Of a DNA stretch of 42,503 nucleotides, positions 1 to 9,032 are shown in pieces; position 1 is the first letter of the stretch; every line of letters starts with the position of its first letter. The DNA is from Candidatus Giovannonibacteria bacterium RIFCSPLOWO2_12_FULL_44_15 (GTDB lineage Bacteria > Patescibacteriota > Minisyncoccia > JACPKW01 > UBA11713). Position numbers and translations under genes: made by a program. Location of the stretch: positions 1 through 42,503 of the forward strand of contig MFIQ01000026.1 of the NCBI GenBank assembly GCA_001778905.1. The letters are read 5' to 3'. Under the pieces are notes generated by a model. The model was given only the letters and a program-made list of their open reading frames with translations, was not told the origin of the DNA and did not search any database.

Positions 1-3000
1 ATTCCAGATGCGAAGGTTGAAGTTGCGGTTGTGGTTCCAACATTAAGCGCGGATACGGAAAGTCCTCCGGCAAATGTACTTGTCGCGGTTGTTGAAGTGG
101 CATTGATGCTTGCTACTTGCGGAGTTGAAGTTGCGACAACGTTTCCGGATGAATCGGTTGAGAGAAGCATGTGTGCGTTGACGTTGGAGAGCTGGAGATT
201 TGTTCCTGCATTGAAAGTCAGAGTTCCTGAAGTGTAGTTGTCGGAGGTGTCGCTTCGGAGGAATTGGGATGAGGTAAATCCTCCGAGAGTTGAAGAATCT
301 TTTCCTACGCAGTTCCCTGTTGAGTCTTCAAAGCAGCCGGCGGTTAGTTTGATGCCGTTGGAGAATGAAGAAGTCGCGGTTGAGGTGTTCAGTAAACTCC
401 CTCCGGTTATCACGAGTCCGTTGGAAGAAGTGAATCCTGCGGTTGAGATCCCTCCGGCGAAGGTGGAAGTCGCGTTGTTCCCTTGTATTGTAGTAGTTGC
501 AGTTCCTCCGATTGTGATTGTCGTAATCGAGGAGAGGGCCGTCGAAGAAGCATTCACGAATCTCTGAAGCCCCGTCCAATTATTGGCGTTTGAGAGATTT
601 AAGTCGGCGGTCAATGTTCCTCCGAGAGAAACGGGAGAGCCTGATAATGAAAGAGTCGAATTGGTTGAGTTGACGGTTATTGAGGAATTTTCAAGTTCGG
701 TGTTTGAGATAGTCTGGCCAAGATTGGTTAGGCACGCTCCCGATTGAGCGAGACAGCCTGCTGTAACATTGATTCCGTTGCCGGAGAAGGTTGAGGTGGC
801 AGATGAACTATTTAATATTGAACCTCCTGTAATAGTGAGGCCGTTTGAGGAAGAAAGACCGCCTGCCGATATTCCTCCTACAAATGTTGAAGTCGCTGAT
901 GAGGTAGCGTTGACAAATCCGATTGTAAGCTGGGTGGCGGAAGCTTGTGAAAATTGCTGAAGTCCCGTCCATGTATTTGGGTTTGTGAGATTAAGAGAAG
1001 CGACGACATCCCCCGCAGTTGGAGAGATTGTAAGGGTGGAGTCGGAATTTGAAACTGAAGTGACTACTCCGGAAGCTCCAGCGTCCGAACCGCACTGAAG
1101 GTTTCCATTGGTATCTGTTTCAAGGACAGAGGCTCCGTTGCAGCCGGTTAAGGTGGAGACTTGGAGATTCCCCCCGGTGATTCTCACTCCCCCAGCCAAA
1201 GTGTTGGTGGCGTTATTGGTCTGCAAAATACTCCCCCCGGAGATGGTTAATCCGGATGAAGTGGCTAGGAATCCAGGAGCATTTACGCCTGTATATATAG
1301 TAGACGTTCCTGCTTGGAAGTTGCCGACACCTTGAACGGAGAGAATGGAACCGGGAGTGGTGGTGCCGATGCCGACGAGACCTGCTATGTCGGTAGCAAA
1401 GATGATATTGCCAGCCACTAGCGCGTCATCGCGACCCGCATTGAGATACAAATGTTGACTAACTCCACCACGGGTTGTTACTGATGACCACTTATCACTT
1501 GCCCCCGGGGTAATCTGGTCACCAAATTTGATCCCATGTGTGACATCTGCTGTCCGTGAGCGGAAGAGGTTACCTCCATTGAGCTGGAGTAATTCCGTTG
1601 GTGCCGCCGTCCCAATTCCAACATTTCCATTTTGCAAAACGTAAATTCCAGTTGAACCTCCGGCTTGTAATCCTCCCGCAAACGTCGAAGTCGCGGCTGT
1701 TGAAGTCGCGTTTATTGAAGCGAAGCTCGGAGTCGTTGTCCCGACAACGTTGCCCGATGAGTCGGTTGAGAGGACAATATTGTTTCCTACGTTAGTTAAG
1801 TTTAGATTGGTTCCTCCGTTGAAGGTAAGAGTTCCGGAAGTAAAGAAGTCGTTGGTGTCAGACCTAAGGAATGAAAGAGAATCGATGCCGTCTAATGTTG
1901 TGGCGTCTCCTCCGGAGTTTGTAAGGCAAGTTCCGGATGGCATTTCAAAACATCCGGCTGTAAGTTTGAGTCCGTTGTTGAATGTTGAAGTTGCGCCGGA
2001 AGTTAAGAGAATGTTGCCGCCGGTGATGGTAAGGCCGTTTGAAGATGCAAAACTATTTGCTGAGATGCCTCCGTTAAAGGTTGATGTTCCTGAACCTTGT
2101 GAATAGATTAACCCAGTCGCAGTTGCATTCCCCCCGAAAAGAACATGCCCCGCAACAGATAAATTATATGCCGGAGAACTTGTTCCAATACCCAAAAAAT
2201 TACTTGATGTTAAAACGGATGTGAGAGCGCCGGAAGTATTATAAATATCAATAATGTTTGCTGTCTGTCCGGAAACCGGGACGAGAGCCAAGGTTGTTGT
2301 CGCGATGCTTCCGGAATTTACAGATAGCTTCGCGTACGGAGTCGTAGTTCCGATGCCTAGGCGATTTGTTGTCGTTGCCATACGGAGATAACCGCCATCA
2401 GTTGAAGCGAAAATAAAACTGGAATCCGAACCTCCACCGCTTCCGGCCGCAGACCAGGTCAAATTTCCTGACGAATCAACCTGTAGAAAATTCCCGGCAG
2501 TAATTGCGCCGGGCCAAGTATAGGTGACTCCGTTAAAACGGGTCGTACCCGTAGCGACCAATGTCCCGACCGAAAGATTCCCGGTTATGATTCCTTCGCC
2601 AACAACAGAAAGTTTGAAAGCGGGCGATGTTGTCCCGATCCCTAAAAACTGATTCGTGTCATCCCAAAGTAGCGTCGAGGCATCGTCGAGTGTAGTGCCC
2701 GTGGCGGGATAAAACGCAAGCGCTCCGGCTATTCCTGAATTTACAGTCCCTGATCCGCCTCCTCCAGAGGGGCATCCGGTGCATGTACCCGTTATAGTCA
2801 AATTTCCGACCGTGAGATCATCGGTATCGATTGAGTTTGAGCTTGTTATACTGCCAAGCGTTACATTGCCGAGATTATCAATCCTTTGCACAATCGAAAC
2901 TGAGCGATCCAAACCATTTATCTTGGTCTGGAGAGCCTGCTCCAAGTCGAAAATTTTCTTATTGACATCGGCTTCGCTTATTCCCGAGACAATCTTTTCA

Positions 3001-3764
3001 ATTCTGCGCTCGATCGTGTGCTCTCCCTCTATCCGAACGATGCTTCTTGAGTTTCTTAAACTTTCTACCTCTGTTTTCAATTGGGCCAGCTCATCTGCAA
3101 GTGTGCCGTATTCCGCTAATAAGCTCTCCGGAATAGCGGGAGGCTGTGGCGTGGGAACTTCCGGCGGCGGAGGAGGAGGCGTTACAGCAACCTTCTTCTC
3201 CGCTCTAAATGTGTTGTGGAATGTGATCGCTGCCCCCAAGAGATAGTCGTAATTCCAAGTTAGCAAAAGAATCAAGGTTGTTAGTACAACAACAGGAATC
3301 CATTTTCTCCATAAAAACTGCTCTCTATTATATGGGGTCGTCCTCTCGACCTTACTCGACCTTAGCTCGTGAGTATCAAAATCTCTAATAAAAGGCTCAA
3401 CAGCCGCGGGAACTATGTTTGCGGGAAATGATGCCTCAACAATTTCCGGCTGCATCGCCCCTTCTGCATCCAGACCTAGATCCGCTGTTTTGAGATAATC
3501 CGCTGTTGATTCAAGAATTAATGGCTCGTGAGAAATATTTAACAACGCCCTCGAGCCGTTAACTCGAGGAAGTGCCAATACAGAATCTTTTTCGATAAAC
3601 CACTGCTTGCCGACTCGCTTTGAACGAATTTTTTCGCGTCGAGCAAGTCGCCCCAAATAATCGCTGTGATATCCGGATATTGCCGCAGCAGATTTCAACG
3701 ACAAATAAATTTTACCTTCGAGTAAAATTTCTTTACCGTTGAATTTTAATTCTTCATTCAACAC
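1..3764 (-). CDS. Giant membrane-anchored repeat surface protein (adhesin / tail-fibre-like) with N-terminal HTH; C-terminus runs off the window
   Basis: My own minus-strand translation from GTG 3764 (TTG 3761 is an alternative; in-frame TAA at 3779-3777) stays open to position 1. It is absent from the ORF track because there is no stop in-window. N-terminus 'LSLKSAAAISGYHSDYLGRLARREKIRSKRVGKQWFIEKDS' looks like an excisionase/MerR-type HTH. Then TM 'WIPVVVLTTLILLLTW', linker 'PPPPPPEVPTPQPP', a coiled-coil stretch, and G/T/S-rich repeats ('LGIGTTSPAFKLSV', 'ATSTFAGGIS..SNGLTITGG..LTAGCF..G.C'). Confidence 0.8.
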   Translation of the reverse strand, partial: MLNEELKFNGKEILLEGKIYLSLKSAAAISGYHSDYLGRLARREKIRSKRVGKQWFIEKDSVLALPRVNGSRALLNISHEPLILESTADYLKTADLGLDAEGAMQPEIVEASFPANIVPAAVEPFIRDFDTHELRSSKVERTTPYNREQFLWRKWIPVVVLTTLILLLTWNYDYLLGAAITFHNTFRAEKKVAVTPPPPPPEVPTPQPPAIPESLLAEYGTLADELAQLKTEVESLRNSRSIVRIEGEHTIERRIEKIVSGISEADVNKKIFDLEQALQTKINGLDRSVSIVQRIDNLGNVTLGSITSSNSIDTDDLTVGNLTITGTCTGCPSGGGGSGTVNSGIAGALAFYPATGTTLDDASTLLWDDTNQFLGIGTTSPAFKLSVVGEGIITGNLSVGTLVATGTTRFNGVTYTWPGAITAGNFLQVDSSGNLTWSAAGSGGGSDSSFIFASTDGGYLRMATTTNRLGIGTTTPYAKLSVNSGSIATTTLALVPVSGQTANIIDIYNTSGALTSVLTSSNFLGIGTSSPAYNLSVAGHVLFGGNATATGLIYSQGSGTSTFNGGISANSFASSNGLTITGGNILLTSGATSTFNNGLKLTAGCFEMPSGTCLTNSGGDATTLDGIDSLSFLRSDTNDFFTSGTLTFNGGTNLNLTNVGNNIVLSTDSSGNVVGTTTPSFASINATSTAATSTFAGGLQAGGSTGIYVLQNGNVGIGTAAPTELLQLNGGNLFRSRTADVTHGIKFGDQITPGASDKWSSVTTRGGVSQHLYLNAGRDDALVAGNIIFATDIAGLVGIGTTTPGSILSVQGVGNFQAGTSTIYTGVNAPGFLATSSGLTISGGSILQTNNATNTLAGGVRITGGNLQVSTLTGCNGASVLETDTNGNLQCGSDAGASGVVTSVSNSDSTLTISPTAGDVVASLNLTNPNTWTGLQQFSQASATQLTIGFVNATSSATSTFVGGISAGGLSSSNGLTITGGSILNSSSATSTFSGNGINVTAGCLAQSGACLTNLGQTISNTELENSSITVNSTNSTLSLSGSPVSLGGTLTADLNLSNANNWTGLQRFVNASSTALSSITTITIGGTATTTIQGNNATSTFAGGISTAGFTSSNGLVITGGSLLNTSTATSSFSNGIKLTAGCFEDSTGNCVGKDSSTLGGFTSSQFLRSDTSDNYTSGTLTFNAGTNLQLSNVNAHMLLSTDSSGNVVATSTPQVASINATSTTATSTFAGGLSVSALNVGTTTATSTFASG

Positions 3765-3969
3765 AACAAGATTTTTTTATTCGACCCATTGGACGAGATC
3801 TCGACCTCTCTATATATTTTAGTTTTTTATTAAGCAATCCTACTACAGCAAAAACGCAAAAATCCTGTGGAGAAATAAGGATTTTTTCTCGAGGTCGATC
3901 TGAAAACTTATTCACTTTCCAAACATATAAAAACTATCTAAACTTAGTGTATAAAATAATCAGTAATGT

Positions 3970-4254
3970 ATGAGCGACAACGATTCATCAAAGTTTATAA
4001 CGATTAAGGTAGCTGCACGAATGCTTGGGGTATCGCCCTTGACGCTTCGCAACTGGGATAAGAGGAAAAAATTGGCAGCATATCGTCATCCCATCAATAA
4101 CTATCGCGTTTACAAGCTCGAAGACATCAAAAATTTTCTAGACACTATTGAGCACGTTAATAAACCAAGAAAAATCCAGATAACATTTCTCTCAGATGAT
4201 TCCTCGGAGATTGAACAAGCCGACAAAAGTTTAGATGACGAGCTAAAAATCTAG
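3970..4254 (+). CDS. Small HTH DNA-binding protein (excisionase/MerR-like HTH_17 type)
   Basis: 94-aa ORF. 'ITIKVAARMLGVSPLTLRNWDKRKKLAAYRHPINNYRVYKLEDIKNFL' fits the excisionase-family HTH pattern. Divergent from the giant gene. Confidence 0.7.
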   Translation: MSDNDSSKFITIKVAARMLGVSPLTLRNWDKRKKLAAYRHPINNYRVYKLEDIKNFLDTIEHVNKPRKIQITFLSDDSSEIEQADKSLDDELKI

Positions 4255-4293
4255 TTGTTTTATAACGTTGAGGTAACTTTTATCTAATACTGC

Positions 4294-4983
4294 CTATGAT
4301 TTATCGCTCGGTGCGTGTTTTCTTGCTCTATTAGCCAGGATGTATGCGGTTGCCCCAATCAATATGACAATAATGGCGACCCAGGAGATAAACCCTACAA
4401 AATTTTGATCTATCAGCGCCTCCCCTGAAAAAATTAGTGCTACTGCGGTAAGGATTTCAACAAATGCGGTAATTATCATGTACTTAATGAAGCTGTAGCG
4501 CGCCAATCCAAAAATATATCCAGTTTCGGCGGGCATCGCCAAGCGAAACAGGAGCGCGAATAGAAATGTCATGCGGCTAGAAATAAATTCATCCCACGTT
4601 TTGATTTTTTCCTGTGTGATAATCCTTGCTACAATTGAATGACCAAGGTGCCGACCGATTGAGTATGAAATCATCCCTCCAGTAATCCAGCCGGAAAGAA
4701 GTATCCAAAATGTTACCCAATTCCCCCAGAGGATCAATGCGATGGGAACGAGTGGTGCACTCGTGAAAGGTCCCAAGAGTACGGACGCAACCGCGAATAG
4801 CCAAAAAATCCCAAGCGACAAAAATACATTATTATTTGAATCATTTTTTTGAATTATCTCTACTAGCTTATATATAATTCCGTCTCGGGAAATATATCCC
4901 CAAATCCAAAAAACCACTATCAATGCAATAAATAGCAAGAGTATCAATCTTGTCCTATTCCCTAAAATCAGACGCCTGTTCAC
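4294..4983 (-). CDS. DedA / VTT-domain (TVP38/TMEM64-like) membrane protein
   Basis: 229 aa, multi-TM. 'LLGPFTSAPLVPIALILWGNWVTFWILLSGWITGGMISYSIGRHLG' resembles the VTT/SNARE-associated domain. Confidence 0.6.
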   Translation of the reverse strand: MNRRLILGNRTRLILLLFIALIVVFWIWGYISRDGIIYKLVEIIQKNDSNNNVFLSLGIFWLFAVASVLLGPFTSAPLVPIALILWGNWVTFWILLSGWITGGMISYSIGRHLGHSIVARIITQEKIKTWDEFISSRMTFLFALLFRLAMPAETGYIFGLARYSFIKYMIITAFVEILTAVALIFSGEALIDQNFVGFISWVAIIVILIGATAYILANRARKHAPSDKS

Positions 4984-6068
4984 TACTCAATTATAAACCT
5001 ATCTGAGAAGTTTGTAAGGTTTCTATATCCCTTATTGGTCACAAAAACTACATCTTCTATCCTCACGCCACCAAGATTTGCGTAATAGAGTCCTGGCTCA
5101 ATCGTAAAGACAGATCCCGGCCTCAATACATCTTCTGAAGTCCGATTTACGTGGGGTGCTTCATGAACCTCAAGCCCCAAGCCGTGCCCCGTCCCGTGGG
5201 TAAATCCAGTATCCCCAACATCAAACCCATCATTAATGATTGAATCAGCAACTGCTTTATGAATCTCTTTGGCTATAATTCCGGGTTTTATTACCCTAAA
5301 CGCCGCTTCTTGCGCTCTCAAAACGGAATCATACATTTTCATAATCTTCTTATTTGGTTTCCCTTTTATATATGTCCGCGTCACATCCGCAAAATATCCC
5401 GTCTTTTTTGAGACAGGAAATATATCGCAGACGATCGTTTGGTTTGCGGATAGCTTCCCCTGCCCCTGGTGATGGGAAATTGCCGCGTCTTTACCGGAAG
5501 AAATTATCATGCCTTCTGTATTCAGCATCCCCTTATTAAATAAGACCTCCTCTACTTCGCGTTTCAAAAATTCACTAGTCAGCGCTTCTCCTTTGAAAAT
5601 TATCAGCCCTGCTTTAATTTCAGATGCATTAAGAATTTCTTCGATTTTAAGAAACGCCGAATGAGTTTTTTTAACGCTACTTTCGATCATATTAATCTCC
5701 TCGCTGTTCTTTACCGCGCGCCCTTCATAGTACGGGCGCGTGATTTTAAGAGTTACCCCCCTTTCCCGCAGGAAGTCGGCAAGGTCGAGCGGAAAATATG
5801 CCGGAACTGCGATTTCATTAGAATTCGGAGAATATTCCCGTATCAAGGCGAGTGCGAAATCGTTTCGGCTCCCGCCTTTCACTAAAACCCCTTCGATATT
5901 TTTGTCTTTATTTCTTTCCTGAAAAAATCCAAATTCCCGGTGGTCTAGGAATATATACTTTCTTTTCTCCGTTTCCAAAAAGAAAAAATCGTCCAGAATA
6001 TCAATCTTGACGGCGTATTTCATATCCTTATTTTTCGTACTTGCGTAGGAAAGTCTAGTCATAACCAT
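4983..6068 (-). CDS. M24-family Xaa-Pro peptidase
   Basis: 361 aa. 'DVTRTY', 'FTHGTGHGLGLEVHEAP' and 'GGVRIEDVV' are metal-ligand motifs typical of M24B peptidases. Confidence 0.85.
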   Translation of the reverse strand: MVMTRLSYASTKNKDMKYAVKIDILDDFFFLETEKRKYIFLDHREFGFFQERNKDKNIEGVLVKGGSRNDFALALIREYSPNSNEIAVPAYFPLDLADFLRERGVTLKITRPYYEGRAVKNSEEINMIESSVKKTHSAFLKIEEILNASEIKAGLIIFKGEALTSEFLKREVEEVLFNKGMLNTEGMIISSGKDAAISHHQGQGKLSANQTIVCDIFPVSKKTGYFADVTRTYIKGKPNKKIMKMYDSVLRAQEAAFRVIKPGIIAKEIHKAVADSIINDGFDVGDTGFTHGTGHGLGLEVHEAPHVNRTSEDVLRPGSVFTIEPGLYYANLGGVRIEDVVFVTNKGYRNLTNFSDRFIIE

Positions 6069-7075
6069 CTGCGCACTCGCGCCTTATATTTAATGTATTC
6101 TTCGCCAAGAGTTTCCTCCAAATATTTCTCCTCCCGAAGGATGACTCCGTAATGTAGAGTATAGAATATTATAGGCAGGAAAAACACCGTCCAAAGAGTA
6201 TTGAAAGCGACAGTCAGCGACAGATAAAAAAGCGTAAAGCCGACATACATTGGGTTCCGCGTGAACGCGAATGGACCCTCTGTTACGACCACGCCTACTG
6301 GTTTAAAGCGCGGATCCACCTTGGATCTGAGCAAAGTTTTAACTGCCCAATACAGAATACTAGCGCCCGTAGCCATTAGTAATATAAAAATCAAGAGCCT
6401 CCAGCGCAAACCCATACTAAAGATTGATAATGGGTATATAATATTGACCCCAATTCCGATTAAAAGCGGGCCAAGAAAGATATAAGGCGGCGGTAAAATT
6501 GGAATAGGCCGTCCAATTGCTCTAACTACCCCGGCTTTCAAAAGCGCTTGATAGTGTACTGGATTATTGCGTTTAATATAGACTATGACTTTTCCGGCGC
6601 CCGGGGCTGAGGCGATGCCATGCTCGCTGGCAAAGGCCATAATTTTTCCCTCGGCCTCGGGAACATCTTTTTCATCTGCCACCATAATTTCTGCCTCAAA
6701 AGTTTTGAATCCAAAATCCATCTCGTCGAAATCCAAATGAAACTCCCCTTTTTGATAACTTTCCCGCGTTGTAATAATTTTTGCAAACGGCCTTATCAGA
6801 TCCCAATTCGCGCCGATTGTTTTTCTGATTTCGCTTTCGTCTTCAAGCTCGTAATATTGATCAGTCGCTTTTTTCTGAATTGCCTCTCCGAAGGGAACTT
6901 TCAATTCCCATTTCCCTTCCCGCTGGCGCAACCAATAATCTTTCGTCGTCAGCCGAAAATCATCAGTGTCATAGTAAATATCCGCGAAAGATTTCTTGGA
7001 AATCAGCTTCGCATCCTGAATTAATCTCTCCTTATCCCCCGCCTTCAGATCAAAATTTTTTTCAACTTCGATCAA
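6059..7075 (-). CDS. CYTH-domain (triphosphate tunnel) fused to ICMT/PEMT-type membrane methyltransferase
   Basis: 338 aa with a TTG start. N-terminal 'IEVEKNF' is the ExExK CYTH signature, with 'HLDFDEMDFGFKTFEAEI' later in that domain. C-terminal TM region carries 'FTRNPMYVGFTLFYLS' and 'EEKYLEETLGEEYIKYKARVRRW', typical of isoprenylcysteine carboxyl / phospholipid methyltransferases. Confidence 0.7.
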   Translation of the reverse strand: MIEVEKNFDLKAGDKERLIQDAKLISKKSFADIYYDTDDFRLTTKDYWLRQREGKWELKVPFGEAIQKKATDQYYELEDESEIRKTIGANWDLIRPFAKIITTRESYQKGEFHLDFDEMDFGFKTFEAEIMVADEKDVPEAEGKIMAFASEHGIASAPGAGKVIVYIKRNNPVHYQALLKAGVVRAIGRPIPILPPPYIFLGPLLIGIGVNIIYPLSIFSMGLRWRLLIFILLMATGASILYWAVKTLLRSKVDPRFKPVGVVVTEGPFAFTRNPMYVGFTLFYLSLTVAFNTLWTVFFLPIIFYTLHYGVILREEKYLEETLGEEYIKYKARVRRWL

Positions 7076-7082
7076 ATGGAAA

Positions 7083-7691
7083 TCAATAGTCTACAAAGCG
7101 ACCGATTGAAGCTTTTTCTTTGAGGCTTGTTATAAACACATTGGCCTCCGAGCTAAGCTTCTGCTGGCGTAACTGGTCCTCTACATTTTTCCGAAAATCC
7201 GCTTCCTCGCCTTTGGGAGGAGTAATCTTGTTTTCCTTAATAAAATTGTCAATATCGGAGCCGGATACCTGGATCTGATCCGAGAGAATTTTCTGCAATT
7301 CTTTTTCCAGCGTTATCTGGCTGATTAAATCTTCTCTTGTCATATTTCGCATGGAGAGCGCCTGATCCAGCGTCTGCCCCTGCGCTCCCACCTGCTTCTC
7401 TATGTCGCTAACTACTGCGTCGATCTCCTCCTTCGGGATAGAAATACCCCTTTTCTCGGCCTCGCTCGCAATAAGCTTTTCCGTAATAAGATTATCAAGA
7501 ACAATTTTTCCGGATTGCTTCTCAAGCATCCGAATAACCGATAACCTGCTTATGGGCGAGCCGTCCACCGTCGCTGCGACAACCAGCCCCCTATACCCGT
7601 ATCCAATTGCGGCAAGAAGTATTACAGCCACCAAAATAACAGAAAACTTAACCGTCATAAATTTTTTGAGTCGCTCAATATAATTGTTCAT
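7083..7691 (-). CDS. Membrane-anchored SurA-N/PpiD-like chaperone domain protein (no PPIase domain seen)
   Basis: I prefer ATG at 7691 ('MNNYIERLKKF') over the track's TTG at 7727. One TM, then 'ATVDGSPISRLSVIRMLEKQSG..LDNLITEKLI', which is SurA_N-like. Confidence 0.6.
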   Translation of the reverse strand: MNNYIERLKKFMTVKFSVILVAVILLAAIGYGYRGLVVAATVDGSPISRLSVIRMLEKQSGKIVLDNLITEKLIASEAEKRGISIPKEEIDAVVSDIEKQVGAQGQTLDQALSMRNMTREDLISQITLEKELQKILSDQIQVSGSDIDNFIKENKITPPKGEEADFRKNVEDQLRQQKLSSEANVFITSLKEKASIGRFVDY

Positions 7692-7734
7692 AGTTATTAT
7701 GATACTGTTTTTAAAATAAGCTGGCAACGCTGTC

Positions 7735-8697
7735 TTATTTCTTCAAATTTATCCCATTTAAAATCTTCTTTACTTTCTCCATGCTATCCCAATCGTGAAT
7801 GGAAATTGCTATTGCGTTTTTATTTACTTTTTTCAGTGCCGAAAGTTTTTTCTTCATATCCACCGCGGGCAAGGTATCACTCTTTGAAAGAAACAGGTAT
7901 TCCGTCTTTTCCAACATCACTTCGTTATAGGCCTTGAGCTCCCCTCGGACCGTTTTATAATCCTTCGCTGGGTTTTCTGATTCCGCAGAGATTAAATGAA
8001 AAAGTATTTTTGTGCGCTCAATATGCCGCAAAAATTTTATGCCTAGCCCTTTTCCCGAAGACGCTCCCTCGATTAGCCCTGGGATGTCCGCGAGAATTAA
8101 ATCGTAATATACTCCCAGATTCGGCTCGAGTGTTGTAAACGCGTAATTTGCGACTTTGCTTTTTGCTTCCGTAAGCTCGTTTAACAAGCTCGATTTTCCG
8201 GCGTTAGGCAGGCCGATTAACCCAACATCGGCGATCAGTTTGAGCTCAAGCTTTAATTTAAATTCTTCGCCCGAGAGCCCCTCCTGGAATCTTTTGGGTG
8301 TGGTTAATTTAGGCGAGCGAAATAAAAAGTTTCCCTTCCCTCCGTGCCCGCCTTTTGCAATAAGAATTTTTTCCCCGATTTTCAGGACTTCCTCAGTGCC
8401 GATCTTGCCTATTTTTTGAATTACTGTTCCAATCGGAACCTTCAAAACGAGATCCGCTCCGTCCGCGCCGTCGTTAAATTGCCCCTTACCATCTTCCCCA
8501 TTTTTCGCTCGTATCTCCTTTTTATATCGAAATTGCCCGAGAGAACTTAAATCCGAGACGCCTTCAAAAGAAATGCTTCCCCCGTTGCCGCCCGATCCGC
8601 CAACCGGCCCAAGACTCATCAGGTTTTTATTGAAAGCTACAGCTCCCTTCCCGCCATTCCCTGCATGAATCTTGATTGTTACGTCGTCGATCAGCAT
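7735..8697 (-). CDS. obg: GTPase Obg/CgtA
   Basis: 'MLIDDVTIKIHAGNGGKGAVAFNK' is the Gly-rich Obg fold. G1 'GLPNAGKSSLL' and G3 'DIPGLIEGAS' are present. Confidence 0.95.
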   Translation of the reverse strand: MLIDDVTIKIHAGNGGKGAVAFNKNLMSLGPVGGSGGNGGSISFEGVSDLSSLGQFRYKKEIRAKNGEDGKGQFNDGADGADLVLKVPIGTVIQKIGKIGTEEVLKIGEKILIAKGGHGGKGNFLFRSPKLTTPKRFQEGLSGEEFKLKLELKLIADVGLIGLPNAGKSSLLNELTEAKSKVANYAFTTLEPNLGVYYDLILADIPGLIEGASSGKGLGIKFLRHIERTKILFHLISAESENPAKDYKTVRGELKAYNEVMLEKTEYLFLSKSDTLPAVDMKKKLSALKKVNKNAIAISIHDWDSMEKVKKILNGINLKK

Positions 8698-8770
8698 ATG
8701 AACCTTTATTTTATGAAAAAATTGCCGAAAAATAAAGCGGCTAAAGGGTTTCCTCGCCGCTTTTCGCAGG

Positions 8771-8917
8771 CTATTTGTAAAAAAGTTTGTTGGTTAAAAG
8801 AAACCTAGCCCGTAAGCCATACAGACAAGCAAGGCGACTGCCTTTTGGCACCACACCGAAAACGACAACACCTACGCTTGACGGATGCTTTTCATACACC
8901 TCCATTCGTCTTCCCAT
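8771..8917 (-). CDS. Possible 48-aa small protein with strong SD (not in ORF track, below its size cut-off)
   Basis: Minus strand reads 'TAAGGAGGAACTT-ATG GGA AGA CGA ...', giving MGRRMEVYEKHPSSVGVVVFGVVPKGSRLACLYGLRARFLLTNKLFYK*. AAGGAGG sits 5 nt before the ATG. No homology recognised. Confidence 0.3.
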   Translation of the reverse strand: MGRRMEVYEKHPSSVGVVVFGVVPKGSRLACLYGLRARFLLTNKLFYK

Positions 8918-8964
8918 AAGTTCCTCCTTAAGACTTGGATCTTTTAATATCTACTTACCACATC

Positions 8965-9010
8965 CAAACCCAAAATACAACGGCGGAGGGGTTTTTAACC
9001 ACCTCCGCCG
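8965..9010 (-). terminator. Rho-independent terminator downstream of the PAICS-like gene
   Basis: Stem CGGCGGAGG (8981-8989) pairs with CCTCCGCCG (9002-9010). T-rich runs follow on both strands. Confidence 0.65.
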
Positions 9011-9032
9011 TTTGATTCCAGAAGATCAAAAA

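Noticed and set aside
31-3246. Plus-strand ORFs 31-237, 238-567, 769-960, 1108-1335, 1598-1795, 1750-2106 and 2779-3246, with odd V/P/E-rich translations. Also minus ORFs 328-579 and 1478-1681.
   Set aside because: All lie inside, antisense to, or out of frame with the single long minus-strand ORF (frame set by GTG 3764). That ORF translates into a coherent repeat protein with no stops. These are shadow ORFs.
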